From assembly GCA_027069855.1 (NCBI GenBank), contig JALXEF010000048.1, positions 504 through 64,503 of the forward strand: 64,000 nucleotides of DNA, written 5' to 3'. Positions 1 through 8,985 of this stretch are shown piece after piece. A program made the translations under genes and the position numbers. The notes beneath the pieces were generated by a model, which was not told where the DNA came from, searched no databases, and was given only the letters and a program-made list of their open reading frames with translations. Each line of letters opens with the position of its first letter. Position 1 is the first letter of the stretch. The stretch comes from a candidate division WOR-3 bacterium. GTDB taxonomy: Bacteria > Hydrothermota > Hydrothermia > WGAB01.

Positions 1-280
1 CGCCCGCCTCCACGGTTTCCGGCCCGATCCACCGCCGGGCCTCCAGGTGCAGGTCTCCGATCCGGGCTTCTCCAGCCTCATGGATCAGCGCCATTATCAG
101 GGCGCGCTCCAGGTTCAGGGACACCCCCCGCGCCCGAAGGGCCCGGCCCAGGAGCAGGGTCAGAACGGCCACGCCGAAACTGTGGGCCGCCACGGTTTCC
201 GGCGGGCCGTAGCCGTAGTAGTCCCAGCCGGTGCGCAGGGTGCGCTTCAGGCGCAGCAGGTCCTCAGCCGTTTTCTTCAT
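1..280 (-). CDS. HD-domain phosphohydrolase (YfbR-like 5'-deoxynucleotidase family), N-terminal part; gene continues beyond window start
   Basis: Reverse-strand translation from ATG at 280-278 gives MKKTAEDLLRLKRTLRTGWDYYG...AAHSFGVAVL...HEAGEARIGDLH. The H..H..HD metal-binding pattern is typical of HD hydrolases. It overlaps the stop of the downstream gene by a few nt. Confidence 0.6.
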   Translation of the reverse strand, partial: MKKTAEDLLRLKRTLRTGWDYYGYGPPETVAAHSFGVAVLTLLLGRALRARGVSLNLERALIMALIHEAGEARIGDLHLEARRWIGPETVEAG

Positions 281-1175
281 CCGGGAGTCTTCCGTCAAGG
301 TACTCCTCCAGGGTTTTGGGGCGGATTCCCAGCCAGGCGAAGTAGGTCCCGGCCTCCGGCGCCACATTGCGGCCCCGCAGCATCCGAATCTGATCCGGGG
401 TAATGGGCCAGAAGGGCAGATGCTGCAGCACGGCCGAAACCTTCAGCATCAGGCCTTCGGGCACCGGCACCAGCAGCACCGGCCCGGGCACCCGCTGCGC
501 CAGGGTGGCCAGGAACTCTTTGTAGGTGTACCTGCGGGGTCCGCCGATCTTCCAGATGCGCCCCACGGCCCCGTCGTCCTGGAGCGCCTTCCAGAACCCC
601 TCCACCACATCACCCACATACACGGGCTGGAGCTCGTAGGGGGCGTCGGCCACGAAGTACGGCAGAACCCGGAGCCAGGTCATGTACTTCATCAGCAGGC
701 CCACGGCGTCCCGGCCGGTGGGGCTTTTGCCGAAGATCACCGAAGGCCGAAAGATGGTCCATTGCAGGCCGCTTTCCTGCACCAGGGCCTCGGCCTGGAG
801 TTTGGTGCGCTGGTAAGGGGTTTGGGCCTCCTCAATGCCCAGGGCACTCATCTGGAGGAACCGGGGGATGCCGGCCTCCCGGGCCCAGTTCAAAAGGTTC
901 CGGGTCACCGCCACATGGGCCCGTTCAAAGGTCATGCCTCGCCGGGGGAAGGCCCGCAGGATGCCCACCAGGTTGACCACCGCGTCGATGGGGCCCTGGG
1001 GTGTCGGGCGCCAGGTTTCCGGGGGTTCGGCGGCGTCCCCCTGTAGCCATACCACCCCCTCTTCCGGAGCCTGAGGTCGGCGGGAAAGGCACAGGAGCCG
1101 GATGCCGGCCCGCTGGAACCGGCGCCGGAGGGCCGTTCCCACGAAGCCGCTGCATCCTGCGACCAGCACCTGCAT
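264..1175 (-). CDS. NAD(P)-binding epimerase/dehydratase family protein (NmrA / complex-I NDUFA9-like)
   Basis: 303 aa. The N-terminal VLVAGCSGFVGTALRRR Rossmann GxxGxxG and overall length fit atypical SDR / NAD-dependent epimerase proteins. Confidence 0.8.
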   Translation of the reverse strand: MQVLVAGCSGFVGTALRRRFQRAGIRLLCLSRRPQAPEEGVVWLQGDAAEPPETWRPTPQGPIDAVVNLVGILRAFPRRGMTFERAHVAVTRNLLNWAREAGIPRFLQMSALGIEEAQTPYQRTKLQAEALVQESGLQWTIFRPSVIFGKSPTGRDAVGLLMKYMTWLRVLPYFVADAPYELQPVYVGDVVEGFWKALQDDGAVGRIWKIGGPRRYTYKEFLATLAQRVPGPVLLVPVPEGLMLKVSAVLQHLPFWPITPDQIRMLRGRNVAPEAGTYFAWLGIRPKTLEEYLDGRLPDEENG

Positions 1176-1179
1176 GGGT

Positions 1180-2160
1180 TTACCAGCGGATCACCGTGGC
1201 TCCCCAGGTGAACCCGGCGCCGAAGGCCACGAGCAGCACGATCTGCCCCTCGCGGAGCAGCCCCCGTTCCACCATTTCGTCCAGGGCCAGGGGGATGGAG
1301 GCGGCAGAGGTGTTGCCATAGCGGTCGATGTTCACATACACCTTCTCGGGCGGCAGATTCAGCCGTTTGGCTGTGGCGTCGATGATGCGCCAGTTGGCCT
1401 GATGGGGCACCAGCCAGTCCACCTCCTCGGGCCGGAGCCCGGCCTTCTCCAAGGCCGCCAGCGAGGCCTCCTGCATCCGCAGCACGGCGTGGCGGAACAC
1501 CTCGCGCCCCTCCATTCTGAGGTAGTGCTCGCGGTTGGCCACGGTTTCCGGCGAAGCCGGCTTCCGCGAGCCGCCCGCGGGCAGGTACAGGAGGTCGCCC
1601 AGAGTGCCGTCGCCCCCCAGCACGGTGGCCAGGATTCCCCGGTCGCCGTCGTGGCGTTCCACCACCACGGCGCCGGCACCGTCTCCAAAGAGCACACAGG
1701 TATTGCGGTCGGTCCAGTCGGTGATCCGGCTCAGGGTATCGGCACCCACCACCAGGATCCGGCGATAGCCGTTGTTCAGGCTGAGCATGGCCCGGGCCAC
1801 CTCCAGGGTAAACACGAACCCCGGGCACCCGGCCTCCACATCAAAACAGGGCCGGCCCTGGATGCCCAGGCGCGCCTGCACCAGGCAGGCCGTGGCTGGA
1901 AACAGCATATCGGGGGTGGCCGTGCCCACCACCACCATGTCCAGGTCCTCGGGCTGGAGACCCGCGCGCGCCAGAGCCCGCACGCTCGCGTGATACGCCA
2001 GGTCGGAGGTCGCCTCGTGGTCGGCCGCGATCCGCCGCTCGCGGATGCCGGTCCGTTCCACGATCCACTGGTCCGAGGTGTCCACCATCTGTTCCAGGTC
2101 CTGGTTGGTCAGGACCCGTTCCGGCACATAGGCACCCACACTTACGATCCGAACACCCAT
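1180..2160 (-). CDS. fabH: 3-oxoacyl-[ACP] synthase III
   Basis: 326 aa. Catalytic Cys context (EAGCPGF), HQAN and the GNTSAASIP motif are characteristic of FabH. Confidence 0.95.
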   Translation of the reverse strand: MGVRIVSVGAYVPERVLTNQDLEQMVDTSDQWIVERTGIRERRIAADHEATSDLAYHASVRALARAGLQPEDLDMVVVGTATPDMLFPATACLVQARLGIQGRPCFDVEAGCPGFVFTLEVARAMLSLNNGYRRILVVGADTLSRITDWTDRNTCVLFGDGAGAVVVERHDGDRGILATVLGGDGTLGDLLYLPAGGSRKPASPETVANREHYLRMEGREVFRHAVLRMQEASLAALEKAGLRPEEVDWLVPHQANWRIIDATAKRLNLPPEKVYVNIDRYGNTSAASIPLALDEMVERGLLREGQIVLLVAFGAGFTWGATVIRW

Positions 2161-2769
2161 TTACATCGCTCCTCCCAGGGTAAGTTGTAAGCCGATCCGG
2201 AGCAGGGGCTGCAGCACCCAGGCAATGGGATTGATGCCCACGAAAGCCGGCAGCACCAGCAACAGGAGGAGCAGAATCGGGCCGGACCGCTGCAGGGTCC
2301 ACACCCAGGGCTCCTGGGGCAAAAAGAACTTCAGCACGGTCCAGCCGTCCAGGGGAAACAGGGGGATCAGGTTAAAAAAGGCCAGCACCAGGTTGATGTA
2401 CACGAAGTACACGAGGAGCAGGTGGCCCGGCCCCGACAGGGGCAACACGCGGGCCAGGAATCCGAACACAAAGGCCGAGAGCACATTGGACACCGGGCCG
2501 GCCACCGCCACCAGCGCCATGTCCCGCCGGGGCCGGCGGAAGTACAGGGGGTTCACCGGCACGGGTTTGGCCCAGCCGATGCGCACGATGAAAAAGAGCA
2601 GGGTGCCGATGGGATCCAGATGCCGCAGCGGGTTCAGGGTCAGGCGGCCGGCCGACCGGGGTGTGGGGTCGCCCAGGCGATCCGCGGTCCAGGCGTGGGC
2701 GAACTCGTGGATCGTAATCGCCCAGAGGATGGGCAATGCCAGGAGAATCAGGTCCTGCAGACCGCTCAT
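2161..2769 (-). CDS. Site-2 protease family zinc metalloprotease (peptidase M50)
   Basis: 202 aa polytopic membrane protein with the HEFAHAW (HExxH) motif. It abuts fabH and is ATGA-coupled to the upstream gene. Confidence 0.8.
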   Translation of the reverse strand: MSGLQDLILLALPILWAITIHEFAHAWTADRLGDPTPRSAGRLTLNPLRHLDPIGTLLFFIVRIGWAKPVPVNPLYFRRPRRDMALVAVAGPVSNVLSAFVFGFLARVLPLSGPGHLLLVYFVYINLVLAFFNLIPLFPLDGWTVLKFFLPQEPWVWTLQRSGPILLLLLLVLPAFVGINPIAWVLQPLLRIGLQLTLGGAM

Positions 2770-3221
2770 GCGTGGACCCCCTCAAAAATCACAGCCACCA
2801 GCACCCCCAGCACCGCCCCCACGAGCACCTCGGTGGGGCTGTGGCCCAGGAGTTCCCTGAGGTGGGCATCCTCTACCCGGTGAAACTGGGAAAACTCCCG
2901 CAGCATCCGGTTGATCACGGCTGCCTGTTTGCCGGCGGCGCGGCGCAGGCCCGCCGCGTCGTACATCACGATGAGGCTGAAGTAGAGGGTGACGCCGAAC
3001 AGCACCGAATCAAAGCCCTGGCGCAGGCCCACCAGGGTGGACAGGGCCATCACCGAGGCCGAATGGGCGCTGGGCATGCCGCCGGTGGCCACGAGCCACT
3101 CAAAGTTGGGTGTCCGCTCGCGAGCCCAGTGGTATAGAAACTTGAACACCTGCACCCCCACACCGGTGAGCAGGGGCAACCAGAGGTAGGCGTTGGTGAA
3201 AATCTGCTTGAGCACGAACAT
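2766..3221 (-). CDS. Divergent PAP2 / DUF212 (YuiD-like) membrane protein
   Basis: Start taken at the internal ATG (3221-3219), which is ATGA-coupled to the ispA-like stop. The GGMPSAHSA and MYDAAGLRR motifs match the acid-phosphatase/vanadium-haloperoxidase-related DUF212 family. The 50-aa GC-rich N-terminal extension in the ORF track overlaps the upstream gene and was discarded. Confidence 0.75.
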   Translation of the reverse strand: MFVLKQIFTNAYLWLPLLTGVGVQVFKFLYHWARERTPNFEWLVATGGMPSAHSASVMALSTLVGLRQGFDSVLFGVTLYFSLIVMYDAAGLRRAAGKQAAVINRMLREFSQFHRVEDAHLRELLGHSPTEVLVGAVLGVLVAVIFEGVHA

Positions 3222-4105
3222 CAGTACGATCGTTCCACGATGAAATCGGCGATTTCCATGAGCCGTTGGGCCCGGGGGCCGAAGCCCCGATACAGGATCT
3301 CCCGGGCCTGGCGAGCGTAGGCCCGGGCATCCTCGCGGGAGCGCTCCAGGCCGAACACCCGGGGATAGGTGCACTTGCCCCGGGCACGATCCTTATGGGC
3401 CCGCTTTCCGAGTTCCTTTTCCGAGGCGATCTCATCCAGGAGATCGTCCACGATCTGGAAGGCCAGCCCCATGGCCAGGCCGGCCTCCTTGAGCACCTGC
3501 ACATCGGTCTCCGGGGCCCGGGCGGCGATCCCGCCGATGGCCAGGGAAGAGGCGATCAGCGCCGCGGTTTTCTTGCGGTGGATCCGCAGGACCCGCTCGG
3601 GGGTGGGCGGCTGCCCCTCGGCCTCTAGGTCTTCCACCTGACCGCCGATCATCCCCTCCGGCCCCGAGGCCCAGGTCAACTCCCGCAGGGCGCGCACCAG
3701 GACCTCCGGCGGCAACGGGGCTTGCAGGGCCACATCAAAGGCCGCCGCAAACAGGGCGTCGCCGGCCAGGATGGCCATTCCCTCGCCGAACACCTTGTGG
3801 CTGGAAGGCTTGCCCCGGCGGAAATCGTCGTCGTCCATCGCCGGCAGGTCGTCGTGGATCAGCGAAAAGGTGTGGATCAGTTCCAGGCTGCAGGCCAGGG
3901 GGAGCACCTGCTGGAGATCGGTGCCCCCGGCGGCTTCAAAGGCCGCCAGCGCCAGGATGGGCCGCAGCCGCTTGCCCCCGGCGAACAGGGTGTACCGCAT
4001 GGCCCGGTGCAACACCTGCGGTTCCCGGTCTTCCGGAGGCAACAGGCGATCCAGCGCCTGATCCACCCGAGCCTTCTGCTCCTGAAGGTACGCCTGGAGA
4101 TCCAT
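3221..4105 (-). CDS. Polyprenyl diphosphate synthase (farnesyl/geranylgeranyl diphosphate synthase, IspA/CrtE family)
   Basis: 294 aa. First Asp-rich motif LIHDDLPAMDDDDFRRGKP and second Asp-rich motif FQIVDDLLD. Phe at -5 of the first motif suggests a short-chain (C15/C20) product. Confidence 0.9.
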   Translation of the reverse strand: MDLQAYLQEQKARVDQALDRLLPPEDREPQVLHRAMRYTLFAGGKRLRPILALAAFEAAGGTDLQQVLPLACSLELIHTFSLIHDDLPAMDDDDFRRGKPSSHKVFGEGMAILAGDALFAAAFDVALQAPLPPEVLVRALRELTWASGPEGMIGGQVEDLEAEGQPPTPERVLRIHRKKTAALIASSLAIGGIAARAPETDVQVLKEAGLAMGLAFQIVDDLLDEIASEKELGKRAHKDRARGKCTYPRVFGLERSREDARAYARQAREILYRGFGPRAQRLMEIADFIVERSY

Positions 4106-4236
4106 GAACGCTTAGTTTACTCGGCCGCCTTTGCCTTTGCAAACCCCCTCCTCCATTCCCCTTGACATCCCCGCCCCTATGGTTTACACTGCAAACCGGT
4201 ATGGGTAAAAAACAGGTTCGCAAAAAGGAGGCAACC

Positions 4237-4854
4237 ATGGCTGCAGAAGCATCCCGTACCCCGCAGGTTCAGGAAATGATGCGGCGCGCCCGCAGCGCCT
4301 GGTGGGAAGACGGTATTACCGAGATCGTTTCGGGGCTCGGCCTGCTAATCCTCGGCTTTCTCGGGTTCCAGAAAGAGATGCTGCCGGCACCCCGGAACAT
4401 GGGATGGCAACTGGCCTGGACAGTGTGGCTCGGGGTCTTCATCGTGGGCGGAAACCTCCTGATCCGCCGGCTCAAGGCCCGGTATGTGTGGCCCGTGGCC
4501 GGCTACGCCACACCCCGGCAGGACCGCGACTGGCGGTGGGCCGGCGCGTTCTTCCTCACCCTGATCCTCCTCGTCGTGGTGGCGGCCTGGAATCCGCCCC
4601 ACTTCGGAGCGGCGATCGCCGGGCTTCCCCTCTTTATTTTTCTCCTGGCCCTGTACCGGTATACCCGGCTCCGGCGGTTCCTGGTGATCGGCACCCTGGC
4701 CCTGGTGGAAGGGCTGGTGCTCGCGCTTTTCCCCCTCAACGCCACGGCCGCCCTGCACCTGATCCTGGGCACCATCGGCCTCTTTTTCTGCTTCAGCGGC
4801 CTCTGGAACTGGCTGCGGTTCCGCCGGCGCCTTCAGGAGGCACCCCATGGCTGA
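4237..4854 (+). CDS. Hypothetical polytopic membrane protein
   Basis: Start chosen at MAAEAS, preceded by AAAGGAGG with 5-6 nt spacing. About 5 hydrophobic helices. Its stop overlaps the next gene by 8 nt. Confidence 0.6.
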   Translation: MAAEASRTPQVQEMMRRARSAWWEDGITEIVSGLGLLILGFLGFQKEMLPAPRNMGWQLAWTVWLGVFIVGGNLLIRRLKARYVWPVAGYATPRQDRDWRWAGAFFLTLILLVVVAAWNPPHFGAAIAGLPLFIFLLALYRYTRLRRFLVIGTLALVEGLVLALFPLNATAALHLILGTIGLFFCFSGLWNWLRFRRRLQEAPHG

Positions 4855-5158
4855 AGAGCTGTTCCAGGAGATTCGCCAGGTGGATCGGCTGGTGCATGAA
4901 CCCGCCCGGCTGGCCATCCTGGCCGTGCTCTACGGCGTGGAGGAGGCCGATTTCCTCTATCTGCTCCGGACCACAGGCCTCACCAAGGGCAACCTCTCGG
5001 CTCATCTGGCCAAACTGGAGGCCGCGGGCTATGTGGAGGTCCGGAAACGGTTCTTGGGCAAGAAGCCGAACACCGTGTGTCGGCTCACACCCGAGGGGCG
5101 ACAGGCCTTTGAGCGGTACCTCACCTGGCTGAAGCGCCTGGCCCGGAACCTGGGATAG
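4847..5158 (+). CDS. Winged-helix transcriptional regulator (HTH_34 / ArsR-PadR-like)
   Basis: 103 aa. The HEPARLAILAVL...GLTKGNLSAHLAKLEAAGYV helix-turn-helix-wing pattern. Translationally coupled to the upstream membrane protein. Confidence 0.7.
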   Translation: MAEELFQEIRQVDRLVHEPARLAILAVLYGVEEADFLYLLRTTGLTKGNLSAHLAKLEAAGYVEVRKRFLGKKPNTVCRLTPEGRQAFERYLTWLKRLARNLG

Positions 5159-5220
5159 GCCCGGCATTGCCCCCGCCTGCTTCGGGGCGTAAACTTCGCC
5201 CGTCAAAAAGGAGGCCTGTG

Positions 5221-6939
5221 GTGGATTCCCGGGAGTTCACCCTGCGGGCACTGGTGCTGGGCGTGCTGCTGGCCGTTGTCTTTGGTGCCGCCAACGCCTA
5301 TCTGGGTCTGAAGGCGGGCATGACCGTTTCGGCGTCCATCCCCGCCGCTGTGGTCAGCATGGCGATCCTGCGGGGGCTGCTGCGTTCCGGCACCATCCTG
5401 GAGAACAACATCGTGCAAACCATCGCCTCGGCCGGCGAATCCCTGGCGGCCGGGGTCATCTTCACGGTGCCGGCGCTGATCCTGCTGGGGCTCAATCCTT
5501 CGCTGTTCCTCATCTTCCTGGTGGCTGCCACCGGAGGGCTTCTGGGGGTGCTGCTGATGGTGCCCATCCGCAAGCACCTCATTGAGGACGAACACGAAAC
5601 CCTGCCGTATCCCGAGGGCACGGCCTGCGCCGAGGTGCTGGAGGCCGGAGAAGAGGGCGGCCGGAAGGCCGGCGAGGTGTTCCTGGGCACGGGACTGGGC
5701 GCCCTGCTGAAACTCCTGCCCGCCGGATTCCGGCTCTATCCCGGCGCCCCCTCGGTGTTCCTCCGACCCCTGAAAACCGTGCTGGGCGTGGACCTTTCAC
5801 CGGCCCTGGTGGGGGTGGGCTACATCCTGGGGCTCCGGATCTCGGCTCTGGTTCTCGCCGGCGGCGTGCTGGGCTGGTTCGTGTTCATCCCCCTGATCGC
5901 CCATCTTCAGGCGATCCCGCTCCACGGTGCCGACCAGGTGTTTGAGATCTGGCACACCCGGATCCGCTATATCGGTGCCGGCGCCGTGCTGGCCGGCGGC
6001 ATCGTAAGCCTGCTGCGCAGTTTCCCGGCCATCCTCGCCACCCTCCGGAACCTCCGCCTGGGCCAGAGCCGCCGCGACCTGCCTCTGGCCTGGGTTCTGC
6101 TGGGGGTGACGCTCGGGTTCCTGCTCCTCTGGCTCGGCCCCTGGTTCGGCCTGGGCTTCTATGGGGCCCTGTTCTCGGTTCTCTTCGCCTTCCTCTTTGT
6201 GCTGGTGTCGGCCCGCATCGTGGGGATCGTGGGCAGTTCCTCCAACCCGGTTTCCGGCATGACCATCGCCACCCTGCTGGTCACCGCCCTGATCTTCGTG
6301 AAACTGGGGGCCAGCGGCGCAGCCGGTATGCTGAAGGTGCTCACCCTGGGGGCGGTGGTGTGTATCGCGGCCGCCATCGCCGGCGACACAGCCCAGGACC
6401 TGAAAACCGGCTTTCTGGTGGGGGCCACGCCCTGGAAACAGCAGATCGGCGAACTCGTGGGCGTGCTCACCTCCGCGGTCTTCATCGGCTGGACCCTGTA
6501 TCTCCTGCACCACGCCTACACCATCGGCTCCCGGGAACTCTCGGCGCCCCAGGCCACCCTGATGTCCTTAGTGGTCAAGGGCGTGTTTGAGGGCAACCTG
6601 CCCTGGTTCCTGGTGGGCACCGGGGTGTTCACCGCCCTCACCGTAGAACTGCTGGGAATCCCCTCGCTGCCCTTTGCCGTGGGCCTGTACCTGCCCCTGG
6701 AACTCTCCACCTCCCTGGCGGTGGGAGGATTGGTGGCGTACGCCACCCGCCACACCCAGCAGGGGGTTCTCTTTGCCTCCGGGCTCGTGGCAGGCGACGC
6801 GCTGACCGGCATCCTGATCGCCCTGGCCCTCACCCTGGGCCTTCGCCTTCCGGCGGGCGTGGGCTTTCCTCCGCTGGCCTGGGTGGCCCTCGTCACCCTG
6901 GCCGCGCTTTTGTACTGGCGCGGACGCAACCGGGCATGA
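5221..6939 (+). CDS. OPT-family oligopeptide transporter
   Basis: About 570 aa with 14-16 predicted TM helices. N-terminal REFTLRALVLGVLLAVVFGAANAYLGLKAGMTVSASIPAAV is the OPT signature region. GTG start after AAAGGAGG; the ORF-track start at 5167 is probably upstream read-through. Confidence 0.85.
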   Translation: MDSREFTLRALVLGVLLAVVFGAANAYLGLKAGMTVSASIPAAVVSMAILRGLLRSGTILENNIVQTIASAGESLAAGVIFTVPALILLGLNPSLFLIFLVAATGGLLGVLLMVPIRKHLIEDEHETLPYPEGTACAEVLEAGEEGGRKAGEVFLGTGLGALLKLLPAGFRLYPGAPSVFLRPLKTVLGVDLSPALVGVGYILGLRISALVLAGGVLGWFVFIPLIAHLQAIPLHGADQVFEIWHTRIRYIGAGAVLAGGIVSLLRSFPAILATLRNLRLGQSRRDLPLAWVLLGVTLGFLLLWLGPWFGLGFYGALFSVLFAFLFVLVSARIVGIVGSSSNPVSGMTIATLLVTALIFVKLGASGAAGMLKVLTLGAVVCIAAAIAGDTAQDLKTGFLVGATPWKQQIGELVGVLTSAVFIGWTLYLLHHAYTIGSRELSAPQATLMSLVVKGVFEGNLPWFLVGTGVFTALTVELLGIPSLPFAVGLYLPLELSTSLAVGGLVAYATRHTQQGVLFASGLVAGDALTGILIALALTLGLRLPAGVGFPPLAWVALVTLAALLYWRGRNRA

Positions 6940-7676
6940 GCCGATACCCCGTGGCCTACCGGCTGGACCTGGAGTATGACGGCACCGACTTCTTCGGCTG
7001 GCAGATCCAGCCGCAGCACCGCACGGTGCAGGGCGAACTGCTGGAAGCCGCCCGCCGCCTGTTTCCCGATCAGGAGATCCGGATCATCGGCACCTCCCGC
7101 ACGGATCGGGGGGTGCATGCCCGGCACCAGGTGGCCGCCCTCTGGACCCATCAGGCCCGGGATCCGGCCGAGGTGCAGGCCGCTCTGAACGCCCTCACCG
7201 GCGACGACCTCTGGATCCACCGCGTTGTGCGGGCCCCTGAGGGGTTCAATCCGCGATACGCGGCGCGGGCCAAGCGGTACCGGTACCGCCTGGTGCGGGG
7301 GCGGTCGCCCCTGCGCCGGCGCTACGCCTGGGAGTTTCCCCTGCCCCTTGATCCGGAAGTGCTGCATTCCCTGGCGCCGCTGCTCCTCGGGGAACACGAC
7401 TTCGGCCCCCTGAGCGTGGACCGCCGGGAGGACACCCGGATCCAGGTGCTGGAATCTCGCTGGCACCTGGAGGGCGATGAGGCCAGGTACACCATCGTGG
7501 CGCCCCGGTTTCTTTACAAAATGGTGCGCATCCTGGTGGGCACCATGGTGCTGACCGCGGCCGGGCGGCTGCCGCCCGACACCCTGCACCGTGCGCTCCA
7601 GGGCGAGCGGGTGCGCTTCGTGGTGGCGCCGCCCCACGGGCTCTGCCTGGACCGGGTTTTCTTTGAAATGCCGTAA
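6936..7676 (+). CDS. truA: tRNA pseudouridine(38-40) synthase
   Basis: 246 aa. YDGTDFFGWQIQP and TSRTDRGVHA (catalytic Asp) motifs. 4-nt overlap with the OPT stop. Confidence 0.9.
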   Translation: MSRYPVAYRLDLEYDGTDFFGWQIQPQHRTVQGELLEAARRLFPDQEIRIIGTSRTDRGVHARHQVAALWTHQARDPAEVQAALNALTGDDLWIHRVVRAPEGFNPRYAARAKRYRYRLVRGRSPLRRRYAWEFPLPLDPEVLHSLAPLLLGEHDFGPLSVDRREDTRIQVLESRWHLEGDEARYTIVAPRFLYKMVRILVGTMVLTAAGRLPPDTLHRALQGERVRFVVAPPHGLCLDRVFFEMP

Positions 7677-7710
7677 AATTTTGCGAAACCGAACCTCGGA
7701 GGTCTCAATC

Positions 7711-8985
7711 ATGGGGTTTTTCCTGCCTTTGCTCCTCCTTACCGCCACGGTGCAGGAGCGGGTCCTCCCCAACGGCATGCGGGTGATCCTCAAGGAGGAC
7801 CACTCCGCCCCTCTGGTGGATGTCACGGTCGTGGTCAAATCCGGTGCGGTGTACGAAGCCGATTCCACCCTGGGCATGACCCACTTCCTGGAGCACCTGC
7901 TCTTTGACGGCACCGAAACCCAAACCCGCGAACAGATCCGCGATCGCTTCGACGAACGGGGCATCTACTTCAACGCCTTCACCCGCCACGACTTCACCGC
8001 CTACCTCATCAACGGCCCCTCGGAGTTCATTGACGACGGCATCCGAAACCAGGCCGACATGTTGATGCACTCCATCCTGCCCGAGCACGAACTGGAAAAA
8101 GAACGCCAGGTGGTGATTGAAGAGATGCACAAGGACCGGGCCCGCCCCTCGGAGGTGGCCGACGAACTCTTCCGAAGCATCGCCTACGCCGGCACCCCCT
8201 ACGCCAAGCCCGTGCTGGGATACGAAGAGCAAATCCTCCGGGTGAAACGCGGCACGGTGTACCGCTACTACAAAGCCTTTTACCGGCCCGACAACATGAT
8301 CGCCATCGTGATCGGCGACTTTGACCCGGACCACATCGTGAAGGTGCTGGAAGACGCCTACGGCCCCTCCCCCGACACACCTCTGCCGCCTGCCCCCGAG
8401 ATTCCTCCCTTCCAGCCGGAAGGCACGCGGGTGGTTCAGAAAACCTGGCAATTCCCCAGCACCTACCTGATGGTGGCCCTGCCGGCGCTCCCTCCCGACG
8501 ATCCCCGGGCCCCGGCCCTGGAGGTGCTTGTAGAACTCCTGAACAGCGAGGGCGACTCCCCGTTCCTGCAGCAGGTGGTGGCAGGCGACCATCCCCTGGC
8601 CGTGGAAGCCTACTTCTCCTACGAAAAGCACCTGGGGCTCAACACCCTGCAGTTGACCGCAAAGCCCAATTCCCCGGCGGACGCCCGGCGGATCCTCCAG
8701 ATCCTCCAGAACACCCTGTCCGACCTTTCCTGGATCACGGATGACATGGTGCGCCGGACCCGAACGGCCCTCGTGGCCGACCACTACTTTACCACGGAGA
8801 GTTTCACCTACGAGGGCATGTACCTGGCCTACTGGGTGGCCCTCGGAGGCAGCTACGACCTGTACCAGCGTTTTTACGACGGCATCCGGCAGGTATCGCG
8901 GGACCAGGTGCTGGCAGCGGGGCAGGCCGTGTTCCAGCCCCTGCGGTATGTGGCCGTCATCGTAGGACCGGGAGGTGCCCGATGA
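7711..8985 (+). CDS. M16-family zinc peptidase (insulinase-like), catalytic subunit
   Basis: Start at MGFFLPLLLL after GGAGG; the ORF-track start at 7591 overlaps truA and was rejected. HFLEH (HxxEH) zinc motif present. Confidence 0.85.
   Translation: MGFFLPLLLLTATVQERVLPNGMRVILKEDHSAPLVDVTVVVKSGAVYEADSTLGMTHFLEHLLFDGTETQTREQIRDRFDERGIYFNAFTRHDFTAYLINGPSEFIDDGIRNQADMLMHSILPEHELEKERQVVIEEMHKDRARPSEVADELFRSIAYAGTPYAKPVLGYEEQILRVKRGTVYRYYKAFYRPDNMIAIVIGDFDPDHIVKVLEDAYGPSPDTPLPPAPEIPPFQPEGTRVVQKTWQFPSTYLMVALPALPPDDPRAPALEVLVELLNSEGDSPFLQQVVAGDHPLAVEAYFSYEKHLGLNTLQLTAKPNSPADARRILQILQNTLSDLSWITDDMVRRTRTALVADHYFTTESFTYEGMYLAYWVALGGSYDLYQRFYDGIRQVSRDQVLAAGQAVFQPLRYVAVIVGPGGAR

Noticed and set aside
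47-403. 118-aa plus-strand ORF at the window start
   Set aside because: It is antisense to the HD-domain and epimerase genes, which have convincing motifs.
7591-7710. N-terminal extensions of ORF-track entries (7591, 16990, 44574, 46771, 45152, 57222)
   Set aside because: The extensions overlap upstream genes and lack RBSs. Internal starts with Shine-Dalgarno sequences and family-typical N-termini were used instead.
6516-7964. 482-aa minus-strand ORF over the OPT 3' end, truA and the M16 start
   Set aside because: It is antisense to three confident genes with a low-complexity Arg/Ser-rich translation.
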